Shown here one piece after another: positions 20,111-30,618 of a stretch of DNA of 60,685 bases. The stretch's first letter is position 1. Each line of letters begins with the position of its first letter. Source of the stretch: an uncultured virus (IMG/VR IMGVR_UViG_3300043568_000902) (Duplodnaviria > Heunggongvirae > Uroviricota > Caudoviricetes). Both the position numbers and the translations under genes were made by a program. The DNA is taken from the IMG/VR virus record IMGVR_UViG_3300043568_000902; one strand, written 5' to 3'. The notes under the pieces are model-generated. The model saw only the letters and a list, made by a program, of their open reading frames with translations, did not search any database and was not told the DNA's origin.

Positions 20111-22108
20111 TTAAAATAAACTTAATTGTGATTTCTGCTTTGCTTTTGTTATGTGCTCAATTTCCTTATACATATTCTGAAGATAGTAATCCTCATTAAT
20201 GTTAAAATCAGCCCAAGGTTTTTCTTCATGTACATTGTAGACAGTTTGCATCCACTTGCCAGCTTCTAACTGGATCTCGCGTTTATCAACTTTATTGTAC
20301 TTGATTATTTTACAGCCTCTATTAGATACATAATATCTTACAATATGCTGTAACATGTTATCATAACGCTGATTATTCCTGAAGCATGTTTCCATAAAAT
20401 ACCAATCACCTTTAATCTTTGCGCCGCCGCAAAAATCAAATATGTTTTTGTTAGTCTTTATATACTGCTCAGGTACAATGTCGTGGACAAAGTAGTTATA
20501 TATACCTTTTGGTATTACTAGGAAGCTTTTATTCTTATGCAGTGCTAGGTCTGTAAACTCAAACCTACCCTTACATTTTGTTGCTTGATAATAATACTTG
20601 CCATCTCGTTCTTTAAATACATAGTGTGGTTTATCACTTTTAAGTTCATCCCACTTACTCTTATCTAATTCTTTCTCACTTAGCACGGCAATATAATTAT
20701 TTACATCTCCGATAATCATCTTATCATATTGATCATGCTCGAGCTGAAGTTGTGTTATCTTCTCCCACTCTGCACAAATCTCAAGATACTTTTCCTTATA
20801 TGTTTCAGGAATCATCATCTCTAGACCATCTGTGTTTTGCATTAACGGAATACTACCTGGAATACCTGTAGATAACATTTCATATAACATCATCAAACTC
20901 AGTTGTCCGTTCATAGTAATACGCATGGTAAACTCTGGGTCATATAGAAAGCTATTCTCATCATTACTTAAACCATAAGTACTATTAAGAATAATCTTGT
21001 ATACATAATTCTTGGGATCTTTCTTGGGTATCTTTTTTCTTTCTTCAAAGAACCACTCATATTGATCACAAAAAATCTTCTTTGGTAAATGTGCCGGCGA
21101 CCATTTATTGCGGATAGCAAGATTAGGATAAAAACTAGTAACGTCAGACGTCATTATTATCATACCATCTTGGCTTTTATAAACACCTGCTTTTGTAGCA
21201 CCGTGAACACCACCAAAGCCAAAGTCTGTCTTTACACCCTTATGGGTCATTGTATACTTAAAAGCACCTTTAGTATTACTAGCATCAATAACAAGACTAT
21301 TAAACTTTTCAAGAAGATTTTGGAATTCTTTACGGTCAAACTTTATATAATCTAATATAATATCTTTAACCGCAATCATGCCTCTCTTGGTCCTAAGAGA
21401 TTTAAGCTCGGCTTTTTTAATACCAAGTGCATCGCTTAAGAATAAAGCAAATAGTTCTTTAGAAATTCTAGGCTCAGATGCGCTATATAAATTAACACCG
21501 TATTCTTCAGTAAGACTTTTCCGTAAACCAATCTGAGATTTAGATATATGCAATATCTTCTTAGTTGCTAATACGTCATTAATACAATAAGTTACAATGC
21601 TATCTATTTGATCTTGTGTTTCAATAACTGCAGTATGATGAATAGGCATCTCTTGTACGTTATACCAATCCATTGAATACTCAATCCATTTAAGACTAGA
21701 TCTTTTAGCTGCATTATCCCAGTGATTTAATTTATATAAATCAATTTGTGGAATAGATAATTTCCACTCGGGATATTCCGAGAATTCATTATTGTTACTA
21801 CGCTCAATAACATTTTGGGCTTTCCTATATATAGCCTTAGCTATCTCTTCTCCAGGTAAATTAAGTAGTTGTTCTCCTTTTTTAAGAATATACTCAGTAA
21901 TCTGCGAGTCAAATGCTAAACCATTAAAAGAGACATGCCATTGGTTGTTCTCTTTACATTCATGTAGGAAATTCCACAGAGCATAAAAATCATTCTTAGA
22001 CTTATGAACGACAAATACTTTTTGCTCTTCTTCTTTATAATGTATGAATACCGCTGCAAAACAATTTGTCAGGGTTTCATAGTCCATTACCCAGTGTTTC
22101 ATATACAT
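20111..22108 (-). CDS. polB: Family B DNA polymerase
   Basis: Exonuclease DYE / FNGLAFD / YCIND; polymerase DVTSFYP, KIILNSTYG, NTDG motifs. Confidence 0.92.
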   Translation of the reverse strand: MYMKHWVMDYETLTNCFAAVFIHYKEEEQKVFVVHKSKNDFYALWNFLHECKENNQWHVSFNGLAFDSQITEYILKKGEQLLNLPGEEIAKAIYRKAQNVIERSNNNEFSEYPEWKLSIPQIDLYKLNHWDNAAKRSSLKWIEYSMDWYNVQEMPIHHTAVIETQDQIDSIVTYCINDVLATKKILHISKSQIGLRKSLTEEYGVNLYSASEPRISKELFALFLSDALGIKKAELKSLRTKRGMIAVKDIILDYIKFDRKEFQNLLEKFNSLVIDASNTKGAFKYTMTHKGVKTDFGFGGVHGATKAGVYKSQDGMIIMTSDVTSFYPNLAIRNKWSPAHLPKKIFCDQYEWFFEERKKIPKKDPKNYVYKIILNSTYGLSNDENSFLYDPEFTMRITMNGQLSLMMLYEMLSTGIPGSIPLMQNTDGLEMMIPETYKEKYLEICAEWEKITQLQLEHDQYDKMIIGDVNNYIAVLSEKELDKSKWDELKSDKPHYVFKERDGKYYYQATKCKGRFEFTDLALHKNKSFLVIPKGIYNYFVHDIVPEQYIKTNKNIFDFCGGAKIKGDWYFMETCFRNNQRYDNMLQHIVRYYVSNRGCKIIKYNKVDKREIQLEAGKWMQTVYNVHEEKPWADFNINEDYYLQNMYKEIEHITKAKQKSQLSLF

Positions 22109-22140
22109 TTGTTCAGTTAAGCTGTTCCCCCGTATGTAAG

Positions 22141-22166
22141 TGAATAAAGGGGGATTGCTCCCCCTC
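22141..22166 (-). terminator. Intrinsic terminator
   Basis: On - strand GGGGGA-GCAA-TCCCCC followed by TTTATT. Confidence 0.6.
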
Positions 22167-22170
22167 TATA

Positions 22171-22548
22171 TTATGCTTCTTTAACTTCCATGTTCAAGTA
22201 TTGAGCATAGTCATAAGTATCTGCATTAATTGCAAAATGACTAAGGAATGCTTCAATCTCGGCACGCTCTTCCAAGTAATACTCTTGGTAAGTTTCAATA
22301 ACACGACGCTCTTGTTTAACCGGAACACCATCTTTAGAAGGAGTTTTACGGAATTCAGGATCACCATTTGGATCTAACTTAGGCATCATATGAAAAATAT
22401 CTTTCTTGTGTGCACCAATAAGTGCTAAGATTTTATTTCCAGTATAATAAATACCCTCAATAAATGGACAATCTCCTGTTGTAGGAATCATCTTAAAGGT
22501 TTTCTCTCCCTCTTTTGTACTAGAGGTAACTAACATCATGTTTTTCAT
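22171..22548 (-). CDS. Hypothetical protein
   Basis: 125-aa ORF in operon context. Confidence 0.7.
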   Translation of the reverse strand: MKNMMLVTSSTKEGEKTFKMIPTTGDCPFIEGIYYTGNKILALIGAHKKDIFHMMPKLDPNGDPEFRKTPSKDGVPVKQERRVIETYQEYYLEERAEIEAFLSHFAINADTYDYAQYLNMEVKEA

Positions 22549-22551
22549 AAA

Positions 22552-23121
22552 TTACTTTTTTTCAAAGATATTAAAATTAACTAGCTCATCAGCTGTAAGC
22601 TTCAGAGTTTCTTTCTTAATCTCTGGTGGGCTACAAAGCTCACCAACTTCATGCAGTACTTCAACCGGAACTTTAAGTAATTCCGCATATGTGTTAAAGT
22701 ATTTTTCAGGGTATAGATAACTATCTAAATATTTATAGTTACTATGATTGTTTTTAAAGAAGTCTAATATTCTGCGTTTAACAGCAGGAGACATCTTAGC
22801 ATATTGACCTTTAAGAAAATAATCCCAATCATTGGCAAAACCTTCATAATCGAAGATATATACACCAACTTTATGGCTTGTTTCTCTAAAGTCACATAAC
22901 AAACTGTTATCAAGTAACTTGGACTTCTCAAAATCTAAGAACTCCTTATCTTCCCTTAGGTGATACGTTAGTATAAGCTTCCTATCTTCTGCAAGAAACT
23001 CATCCTCCCATGCAACATATGTTTCCATAGGAGTTATAATAGCACCTCTTCTAATTCCTAAAAGCGGATACAAAAATGCTCGCGACTTTTGGAAATACTC
23101 CGTATACAGTTCATTAATCAT
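22552..23121 (-). CDS. Hypothetical protein
   Basis: 189-aa ORF in operon context. Confidence 0.7.
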   Translation of the reverse strand: MINELYTEYFQKSRAFLYPLLGIRRGAIITPMETYVAWEDEFLAEDRKLILTYHLREDKEFLDFEKSKLLDNSLLCDFRETSHKVGVYIFDYEGFANDWDYFLKGQYAKMSPAVKRRILDFFKNNHSNYKYLDSYLYPEKYFNTYAELLKVPVEVLHEVGELCSPPEIKKETLKLTADELVNFNIFEKK

Positions 23122-23133
23122 TAGCTGATTGTT

Positions 23134-24102
23134 TTACAAAATTACACCACCAACCTCATATTCATAAGGTAAGTTAAATTTTCTATTTGTGTAATGATAG
23201 TCTGCAATTTTCATTATCTCATCTAGCCTATCCATCCAGCTATTAAGTGTTACAGTACTAACTTCAAATGCATAACACTGGGTGAGCTTGTCAACCACTA
23301 TGAAATGAAACTTAATCTTGTAATCACTTAAGCCATAGTTAGCTCTTACTAATTTACAGTACACTGCAGCTTGCAACCAGTACTTGTAATACTCTATAGT
23401 CTCCGGGAAATCTTGTAGCAGTTTTCCGCTAGTCTTGAGATCATTAATATAAATCACTTTGGCACCGTGATCAATATTAACGTTATCTACAAAACCTCTA
23501 AGACCAAAGGCATACTGTGTGTCCATTACAAATGGCACCTCACTCATACTAAAGGGGCTCCCTATGTTGAGTAAGCTTGTAATCTTCTCATTAGATCTTA
23601 CGATCTCAGCATAACCTTTTACTTTGTTCAGGGTTTCCTCGTCTATAACAGCCTTGTCACCCTTTGTAGTTAAGAAGTTATAGTAACTTATACTCGCGTC
23701 AGTAACTACCTTCTCAACTCTTTGTGCATCAGTCTTGAGACTCTGATACAAGTTTATCTCCTTTAGTATATCAAGGATATCAAACTCATTGTCTTCCAAA
23801 GATAAATCAGTACGTCCATTAACCAAAGCTCTTATGAATACTTTGTCAACAACATTCTTAATGCTGTCACCCGGCAAGTTTACCGGGGACACCACATACT
23901 TATCATGGAACTTATCCTCCTCTAGGAGAAGACAGTGAAGCAAGCTACCTTCAATCAGGTGCTGCTCCATCTTGTCCTCTCTTTGGTTCAGGATATAGTG
24001 TTTATAAAATGCACTCGGGGCAAACAACAACTTGTTGAACCCGGAATAACTAAAGTGAAACTTCTTCTTGTAGAAGTTCTCCTCCGCTTGGAAATCTATC
24101 AT
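23134..24102 (-). CDS. PD-(D/E)XK exonuclease (RecE/ExoVIII-like)
   Basis: FSYS, GSLLH, E..RGFVD..DLKTS, Y.LQAAVY motifs. Confidence 0.85.
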   Translation of the reverse strand: MIDFQAEENFYKKKFHFSYSGFNKLLFAPSAFYKHYILNQREDKMEQHLIEGSLLHCLLLEEDKFHDKYVVSPVNLPGDSIKNVVDKVFIRALVNGRTDLSLEDNEFDILDILKEINLYQSLKTDAQRVEKVVTDASISYYNFLTTKGDKAVIDEETLNKVKGYAEIVRSNEKITSLLNIGSPFSMSEVPFVMDTQYAFGLRGFVDNVNIDHGAKVIYINDLKTSGKLLQDFPETIEYYKYWLQAAVYCKLVRANYGLSDYKIKFHFIVVDKLTQCYAFEVSTVTLNSWMDRLDEIMKIADYHYTNRKFNLPYEYEVGGVIL

Positions 24103-25174
24103 CTTGTTTATTTAAAAGTTTATCTACCTTAGCTTGCACATCAGCTGTTAATCTAACATCTACAACTTCAAAGTTGCTACTAAAAGTTCTAGCCTCATTT
24201 AATACACTAGCCTTAACAGTATCCAATAGCTCATGAGTCAATAACCCTTTCTCTATAGATACATCTAGAATAGCATCTTTATCCCAACGGTACTTGTTAT
24301 AACCAAGCCAGTTAGTCAAAGACTTAAAGCCTACAGTGTTTCTATACTTATTATTGTAGATGGCGTTTCTGCCAAATTCCTCAAGCAGCAATGCCAAGTA
24401 CACAAAACTTTTCTCATAGTTACAACCAGCCATAATGGTCATAGCAACTAAGTGATTGTCCTTGTCCATACTAGTTAGCATAGTTCTCAAAGATTCAAAG
24501 GCATCCCTATCAATAACTGTGTCACCAATAAGATTGTTAAATTCTTCTTGTGAATAAACATTACCAAGGTTTGAACTATTGAGCAAGAAGTCATCTATAA
24601 CAGTTGTTATATACTCACCATAATAGTCTCCACTCCGAAATGATTTACCCTGTAACGCAGTACCATAAAGAGTTTTAAGCGGATGTGCATGATTACTTAC
24701 ATAAAATGTGCCTACAGCAGATCTGTCTACAATAACATGCTTGCCTGTGTAAGTAGCTAGCTGCTCTGTAATATTATGCACATTACCTCCAAGTTTAAAA
24801 CCATTAGCAAATGGTATTATATCAGAAGTTTTTATATAATACAGGTGCTTTGTGTCTAGACCTGCCTCTATAGAATCTGTACTCGCAATAATAATATCTG
24901 CAGTATCTCTATCTCTAACAGTCTTGATCTTCTTCTCCTCCAAGAAAGGCTTGGCCTTATCTCTAGGAATACTGCACTTAGGTGCAAAGTATATTGTTTT
25001 TACATTAGTAAGATCTAGTTTCTTATCAGCAGTTGCCTGTTTGAATACTTTTATATATTCATTCTCATGCCAGCGATAATGTAGATATTTTTTCTTATCA
25101 TCTACTAGTACACGGCTAGGTATAAGCACTAGCTCATTATTACTTACAGTAAGTGTTAGTTGTTCTTGTATCAT
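24050..25174 (-). CDS. Hypothetical protein with BRCT-like N-terminal segment; paralog of 25177-26289
   Basis: IYFAPKCSIPR..KIKTVRDRDTADIII; C-terminal helical module shared with neighbours. Confidence 0.65.
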   Translation of the reverse strand: MIQEQLTLTVSNNELVLIPSRVLVDDKKKYLHYRWHENEYIKVFKQATADKKLDLTNVKTIYFAPKCSIPRDKAKPFLEEKKIKTVRDRDTADIIIASTDSIEAGLDTKHLYYIKTSDIIPFANGFKLGGNVHNITEQLATYTGKHVIVDRSAVGTFYVSNHAHPLKTLYGTALQGKSFRSGDYYGEYITTVIDDFLLNSSNLGNVYSQEEFNNLIGDTVIDRDAFESLRTMLTSMDKDNHLVAMTIMAGCNYEKSFVYLALLLEEFGRNAIYNNKYRNTVGFKSLTNWLGYNKYRWDKDAILDVSIEKGLLTHELLDTVKASVLNEARTFSSNFEVVDVRLTADVQAKVDKLLNKQDDRFPSGGELLQEEVSL

Positions 25175-25176
25175 AA

Positions 25177-26289
25177 TTAAAATGGTAATGGACCCTCAGT
25201 TTTAGGCTCCTCTTTAGGTTTATTTTCCTCCATAAACTCTTGATAAGTTTTGGCCCAGGAAGGTATAAGTTTTACAAACTTTCTTGCATCATCAGATAAG
25301 TTATCTTTAACGTTGTCTTCAATAGTATCCATAATAAGATTATCATATATCTCCTCAGTTAACCAACCATTCTTTAGAAATAGTTTTATAGCTGCGGGAT
25401 AACTGGTATGTCTAAGACCGTTAAAGTCTAACTTATTATGCATGATTTTAACATTAGCACTACTCATAGCATTACTTACCTGATAATAATCTTCTTTAAG
25501 AAGCTTATAGATGTAATACATAGAGGTCTCATAGTTACAATTGAATAACATTTCTGCGGCAACTGCACGGTTCTCCATATCAGAGTTAAACATTGTAGTC
25601 AAAGTCCGATATATAGAATCATCTATGGTAATACGCTCAATAGAATTAAAGATCAAGTCCTCATCTATAACAGGTGTCCCCATAGATAGAATGCGGTGTA
25701 ACATCTCTACAGTTCTTGGATGTAAGAAGTTATATGTCCATTCATTATTATGTATGGGTGACCAAGAATCATAATAGCGGTAGTATGCTTTAGAAAATAC
25801 CATCCAGTTTTCAGTATCCATAATAGTATTAAAGACACCACCTTTTAGTTTTACTTTCTCTCTACTAAAGTCATCAGGCATATCATATCTTAGTGCAGGG
25901 CAATTACTAGCTATGAGAGCATTAGGAACTTGCTGATCTGCATTACCTCTACTGACATTGTTACTATGACCAATAAAGAAATCTGCTTTAGAAACATCAT
26001 TAGTAATGGTCCAGTTATTTATACGAGCAATGTCTCTCAATTGAGAAACACTATATTTACAACCGGGTATCACATACCCTTTAGATTTAGCAGGAAGAGA
26101 AACTAATGCAGCCCCCTTGAGGACTGCATTAATCTTTTCTACTGAATCATCATCTACAGTATATAGCCAGGTGTGAGGAAGTGGTTTATGCTTCCTATCT
26201 ATACCGGCATATCTTACCTTTTGTTTAATAAATGGTAATTGCTTCAGCATGGTGTCTGTAACATTACCGAGATTCAAATCCATTTTCAT
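25177..26289 (-). CDS. Hypothetical protein with BRCT-like segment; paralog of 24050-25174
   Basis: YVIPGCKYS..WTITNDVSKADFFI; shared L..M..S...N...A......CNYE module. Confidence 0.65.
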   Translation of the reverse strand: MKMDLNLGNVTDTMLKQLPFIKQKVRYAGIDRKHKPLPHTWLYTVDDDSVEKINAVLKGAALVSLPAKSKGYVIPGCKYSVSQLRDIARINNWTITNDVSKADFFIGHSNNVSRGNADQQVPNALIASNCPALRYDMPDDFSREKVKLKGGVFNTIMDTENWMVFSKAYYRYYDSWSPIHNNEWTYNFLHPRTVEMLHRILSMGTPVIDEDLIFNSIERITIDDSIYRTLTTMFNSDMENRAVAAEMLFNCNYETSMYYIYKLLKEDYYQVSNAMSSANVKIMHNKLDFNGLRHTSYPAAIKLFLKNGWLTEEIYDNLIMDTIEDNVKDNLSDDARKFVKLIPSWAKTYQEFMEENKPKEEPKTEGPLPF

Positions 26290-27479
26290 TACTTAACTGC
26301 AATAGCAGCGATGTTAGCGTTTAACATTAACTTGGTGAACTTCTTACTTCCGTTAAGAATACCCTTGATGACAGCATACTTAAGGTCATTAGTAAAGATG
26401 TCCTTGTCAGTGATGAAGTTAGTAACACGGTCAATGATCTTCTGATCTACAGTGTTATCTGTGCTATAGTGAACAGCATAGTTAGTGAAGCGTAATGCCA
26501 AGATACTAGCAATGTCTGCACGGTATGCATCATCCTTACCAACACAGTTATTCATTTGACCTTTAACATACTCCCAGCTGTTGTTAGTCAACATATCTTT
26601 AGGAGTAATCAACTTGTCCAGCTTGTTGTTAATGAACGTAGTAAATAGAGTAGCAAACTCGCTACCTACACTACCCTCACCAATCATTTGGATAAGCGGT
26701 AAGTCCTGTTCAAAGTTCTCTATGCTAGAGATAGAGTTAAAGAATGTAGTAATACTACGAGCATTAGTTGTCTGTGTAACCAACTCAGGATGCATCAACA
26801 AAAAGTTAATACAACGAGAGTCAATACTATTTTGCTCTGCCCAACGAGCCCAGCAATCTACATCAAACTTTAAATAAGCTGTAATAAAACGAGTCTTTTG
26901 TGCAGCATCCATAGATGTTACTTGATAGTCACCATTATCTGGATTACTAGTCAATACAATATGCCAGTTCTTTGGTAGCTCCCATGAGATATACTTTTGA
27001 CGGTCAATTAATTCCATCGCCGCTTGGGTAAATCTTTGGTCAGCACGGCTATAGTCATCTAAGATTAAGATACCACCTTGCTCCTTACCTTGAATCCATT
27101 CTGGAGTAGCATAACCCATACGCTTCTCTCCACTAGGAACATACTTATTCTGAATATACATAGGCATGATGTTCTCAGGTACCCACTTGGCTAACTTCTT
27201 TCCATCATCTGTAGTCTTAACTACTTCAAATTCTTTAATAGGAAAACCAGTAAGGTCACCTAGCTCTTCTATCTGAGCAAGATTTAACTTAACTACATCT
27301 AGCCCTAGTTCTTTACCAATCTGCAAAATGGTAGTTGTCTTACCAATACCTGCCTCACCCTCAATGTTCACTGCTACAGGAATCTTTCCTTCAGTTTGGA
27401 TGTGCTGGTTATTCTTTACAATGTGACCAATGAAGGTCTTCAACTCGTCTGTGTTTAAGTTAACTTGATTTGCGCTCAT
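26289..27479 (-). CDS. MoxR-like AAA+ ATPase
   Basis: Walker A GEAGIGKT, Walker B LILDDYSRA, sensor TSNP, D.AQKTRF. Confidence 0.88.
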   Translation of the reverse strand: MSANQVNLNTDELKTFIGHIVKNNQHIQTEGKIPVAVNIEGEAGIGKTTTILQIGKELGLDVVKLNLAQIEELGDLTGFPIKEFEVVKTTDDGKKLAKWVPENIMPMYIQNKYVPSGEKRMGYATPEWIQGKEQGGILILDDYSRADQRFTQAAMELIDRQKYISWELPKNWHIVLTSNPDNGDYQVTSMDAAQKTRFITAYLKFDVDCWARWAEQNSIDSRCINFLLMHPELVTQTTNARSITTFFNSISSIENFEQDLPLIQMIGEGSVGSEFATLFTTFINNKLDKLITPKDMLTNNSWEYVKGQMNNCVGKDDAYRADIASILALRFTNYAVHYSTDNTVDQKIIDRVTNFITDKDIFTNDLKYAVIKGILNGSKKFTKLMLNANIAAIAVK

Positions 27480-27483
27480 ACTC

Positions 27484-28677
27484 TTAGTTTAATTTAATTT
27501 GTGGACCAGGTAGGTCTTTGTTTATACTGCCACGGGTAGAAATTACCCACAATAATTTGCCAACAGGCTTTACACTACAATCACATTCACCATCAGTTAG
27601 ATATACTAAACAAGTATATTTATCTTGGTTCTCATTATACAGTTCAATAATAGGGTCAAACGCAGTACCTCCGCGTCCATGAAGTTCAATCTTGTCTCCA
27701 GCTTTGTATGGACCAACATGTTGAATTCTTGAATCACATTGCGCAATGGTTATCTCTGCACCCGTCTTATGAATATGATCTATCTCATGGAAGAACTCTT
27801 GTACTTCCTTGTCACTAACGGAACCGCTAGTATCTACAGCAACTAAGATATGCTTACGGAATTTAATCTTAAGACCAGGGTTATCCTCAAATCTTTTATT
27901 AGATTTACGTCTAAGCTTCTTAGTAAATACTTTCTGACTACCTCCAGTAAACCTTCTAAGATAAGACTTCCAGTCAAACTTAGCGGGCTCACTACTGTTA
28001 AGCTTGTCTAGCAAACCCTTGAGTTCTCCAGGTACATGACCTCTAGACTTTGTTACTTGATCTGCAATCTCCTTAAGCTGATGCTCTACTTGCTTTTGTA
28101 TAAGCTTTTGTTCAGCCTCGCTTAAGTCTTTGAAGTCATCCCATGTGCTATGATCAGGAACAGGTTGACCATCACCATAGGTAGGTTGACCCTCGTCCAT
28201 AGCTTTCATCATCTGCTCAAACTTGCTAGTACCATCTCCATTATCTTTCTGCTCTTGTAGTAGTTTGTAATACTCTCTACAGCCAGCCTTAAGAGGAAGA
28301 TTCATAGGTGCAAACATCTCATTGTCAATGGTACAACCACCGTCAGGAAGATACTGTGCATCTATATACTGATTAATCTCCAGATCCATTGCTACGTTAG
28401 CTAGCTTAGGGTCCGCAAAGTCATTGTGTATAGTAAGATGGAAGAATGCAATATGCAATAGCTCATGTTTTAGTAGGCCTATGTGATGCTCAGGACTCAA
28501 GCTTTCCCAAAACTCCTCATTGATCATCAACTGAAAGTTTATATTATGCTTGCATACACCTGCAGTAGGAACACGTTTGCTCCATAGTTTATTTAGTCCA
28601 ATGAGAAAGAGCCCGTAAAAAGGCTCCTTCAACATCAGTTCTTTGCTAGCCTTAGCTAGACTATCTTGTTTTGTCAT
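27484..28677 (-). CDS. Metallopeptidase-like (HExxH) + vWA domain protein (DUF2201-like)
   Basis: LKHELLH; MIDAS DTSGS, GRGGT, YLTDG. Confidence 0.88.
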   Translation of the reverse strand: MTKQDSLAKASKELMLKEPFYGLFLIGLNKLWSKRVPTAGVCKHNINFQLMINEEFWESLSPEHHIGLLKHELLHIAFFHLTIHNDFADPKLANVAMDLEINQYIDAQYLPDGGCTIDNEMFAPMNLPLKAGCREYYKLLQEQKDNGDGTSKFEQMMKAMDEGQPTYGDGQPVPDHSTWDDFKDLSEAEQKLIQKQVEHQLKEIADQVTKSRGHVPGELKGLLDKLNSSEPAKFDWKSYLRRFTGGSQKVFTKKLRRKSNKRFEDNPGLKIKFRKHILVAVDTSGSVSDKEVQEFFHEIDHIHKTGAEITIAQCDSRIQHVGPYKAGDKIELHGRGGTAFDPIIELYNENQDKYTCLVYLTDGECDCSVKPVGKLLWVISTRGSINKDLPGPQIKLN

Positions 28678-29081
28678 TTACCTTTAGGTATTAATGTTAG
28701 TTGATACTGTTCCATGAAAGTAAAACCGGCAGTCTCTAATTGCCTCCCTAATTCTTCTGAAAATCTGTTAATAAAGAATCCCATAGCTATTGGATCAACA
28801 TTCACATTTTTGTGAAGTACATCATACATACTATTCCAAGTAAGGACACTGTTATAGTCTAAACCAGTAATTTCTTTTAGCTTTGCTACAGTATCTGAAT
28901 CAAGATTTAGATTCTTATGCCCTGCTTCTTTACATAACATAAGTATGTAGGGTAAATTAGCCTGGAGATCTGAAGATTCAATAAGATTCTTAACCACAAC
29001 ATGGTTCTCTTTATCTACAGACTTAGCCATTGACAACAAGTTCTTATATGTTGATTCATCAAGTTTAAATATTTCTCCCAT
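28674..29081 (-). CDS. Hypothetical protein sharing a helical module with the 24050 and 25177 ORFs
   Basis: LDESTYKNLLSMAKSVDKENHVV aligns with IDRDAFESLRTMLTSMDKDNHLV. Confidence 0.65.
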   Translation of the reverse strand: MGEIFKLDESTYKNLLSMAKSVDKENHVVVKNLIESSDLQANLPYILMLCKEAGHKNLNLDSDTVAKLKEITGLDYNSVLTWNSMYDVLHKNVNVDPIAMGFFINRFSEELGRQLETAGFTFMEQYQLTLIPKGK

Positions 29082-29632
29082 TACTTCATAAGGTTATTTA
29101 GTTTCTCAAGTTCTTTAGTAAACACATGCTTTGCCGCAGCAAAACCTGCCAGGTATCCTTTCCTTGCATAATTATATTTTCTAAAATCTGCAAGGGTTTG
29201 ATAAAGATTATAATCATGTACTCGCATAGCATAGTTATCTGCCATACCCCAATGATTAACATAGTCTTTACCGGTTTCCTTATCTTCTACTACAATAATT
29301 GTATCTTCAATCTTACGCTCAGAACTTTTTACAAATAGTATTGTGCCGGGTTTAATATTCTCCCTAGCCTCTTTACTATTATATATTTCTATACCATCTT
29401 TACCTTCATAAGGATCACTTATGTGAAACGGTATACTGTTAACATAAAAAGGTAATGCATCAATCTTACCATTGGTAATTACATCACCTTCTTTAAAGAT
29501 ATCTACATCGGATAAAGTATACTCACCGTAGATACTAAGGTTGTCATCATTCTCTTTAGGTAATACAACCTCTTTTACCATAAACATGTTTGTAGTCATT
29601 AGTCTTCTATTTTTAAAGTTTTTAACATCCAT
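29081..29632 (-). CDS. Hypothetical protein
   Basis: 183-aa ORF; true start may be MTTNMF. Confidence 0.6.
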   Translation of the reverse strand: MDVKNFKNRRLMTTNMFMVKEVVLPKENDDNLSIYGEYTLSDVDIFKEGDVITNGKIDALPFYVNSIPFHISDPYEGKDGIEIYNSKEARENIKPGTILFVKSSERKIEDTIIVVEDKETGKDYVNHWGMADNYAMRVHDYNLYQTLADFRKYNYARKGYLAGFAAAKHVFTKELEKLNNLMK

Positions 29633-29940
29633 ACAGGAGGGTTATTCATATGAGTAATCCACTCCTTTGCACTTGGTAGATAACCATTGCAATCTTCTTT
29701 TACATGTTGCTCACCTACATAGCGAGTCATAACTTTTTTACCTACTGAGTTAACAAAGAAGGGCCCGAAGACCCTTTCACATTCAAAGATACCTTCACTG
29801 TGATGCCTGAATAATCTATGCATACTGTGACCATACCAGGCCTTAGTAGCATCAAACCACTCCTCAATATGGATGTATTCTTCCCAGGTTCCTCCCCACC
29901 GCCTTGCTGCGGATTTGGCGTGCTCTATAGGGTGGGACAT
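29599..29940 (-). CDS. DUF6915-like protein
   Basis: HP..HA.S..RWGG..Y..I..WFD.TK..HR..RHH.EGIF..E..FG..VGEQHV.ED pattern. Confidence 0.75.
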   Translation of the reverse strand: MSHPIEHAKSAARRWGGTWEEYIHIEEWFDATKAWYGHSMHRLFRHHSEGIFECERVFGPFFVNSVGKKVMTRYVGEQHVKEDCNGYLPSAKEWITHMNNPPVWMLKTLKIED

Positions 29941-30542
29941 ACTGTTAATTTTTTAATTGTTATCAAATGTACTTTCATAATCCAATTTTTAAAGTCTTCT
30001 AGACTCATATTACTTTTTGCTCTGTTACAAACTTTACAGCAGGTTACAACGTTTTCTTTAGTGTAACCTTTAGAAGAGTCTACCCTATCTATACCATTGT
30101 ATAATATGGGTACACCAGATCTTAATTTACCAGTTTTAGGATTCTTTAATTGATAAACTTGTATAGGTTCAATACCGCAGTAGTTACAGTTTTTTTGTGT
30201 AAGCTCTTTAAAATAATCAGAGTCTAACTCAAAACTAAACCCTCTATCGCGAGCATGTTTTTTGTATACATATAGGATAGCTCTATGACCCACATCAGGA
30301 TCTTTATCTCTTTCAGTTCCTCTACAAGGAGATAATCCACAAGAACTACTGTTACCATTTCTTATATTATTAAGACATATGGTTTTCAATCTACCACATT
30401 TACATTTTGCTTTAATATAACGTTTACCTGTGGTACCATTTTTTGATACATCCTCTAAGTATGTCCAGTTTGTTTCTTCACCTTTACGGGTTTTTAGGAT
30501 ACCACCCGCTTTAAAAATAAGTGTTTGTTTAAATGAGCTCAT
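29925..30542 (-). CDS. HNH homing endonuclease
   Basis: KCKCG..SCG N-terminal repeat; CNYCG..NGIDRVDSSKGYTKENVVTCCKVCNRAK. Likely start MSSFKQ at 30542. Confidence 0.85.
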   Translation of the reverse strand: MSSFKQTLIFKAGGILKTRKGEETNWTYLEDVSKNGTTGKRYIKAKCKCGRLKTICLNNIRNGNSSSCGLSPCRGTERDKDPDVGHRAILYVYKKHARDRGFSFELDSDYFKELTQKNCNYCGIEPIQVYQLKNPKTGKLRSGVPILYNGIDRVDSSKGYTKENVVTCCKVCNRAKSNMSLEDFKNWIMKVHLITIKKLTVCPTL

Positions 30543-30618
30543 GTACGTATGATTATATGTTAATACATGTACAATGTACAACAAAATAATCATACATACA
30601 AGAATGAGCCATAATTAC

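Noticed and set aside
1..22108. Inteins or introns in the RNAP or PolB
   Set aside because: No C/S...HN-C/S/T splice junctions or LAGLIDADG blocks noticed, and reading frames are uninterrupted.
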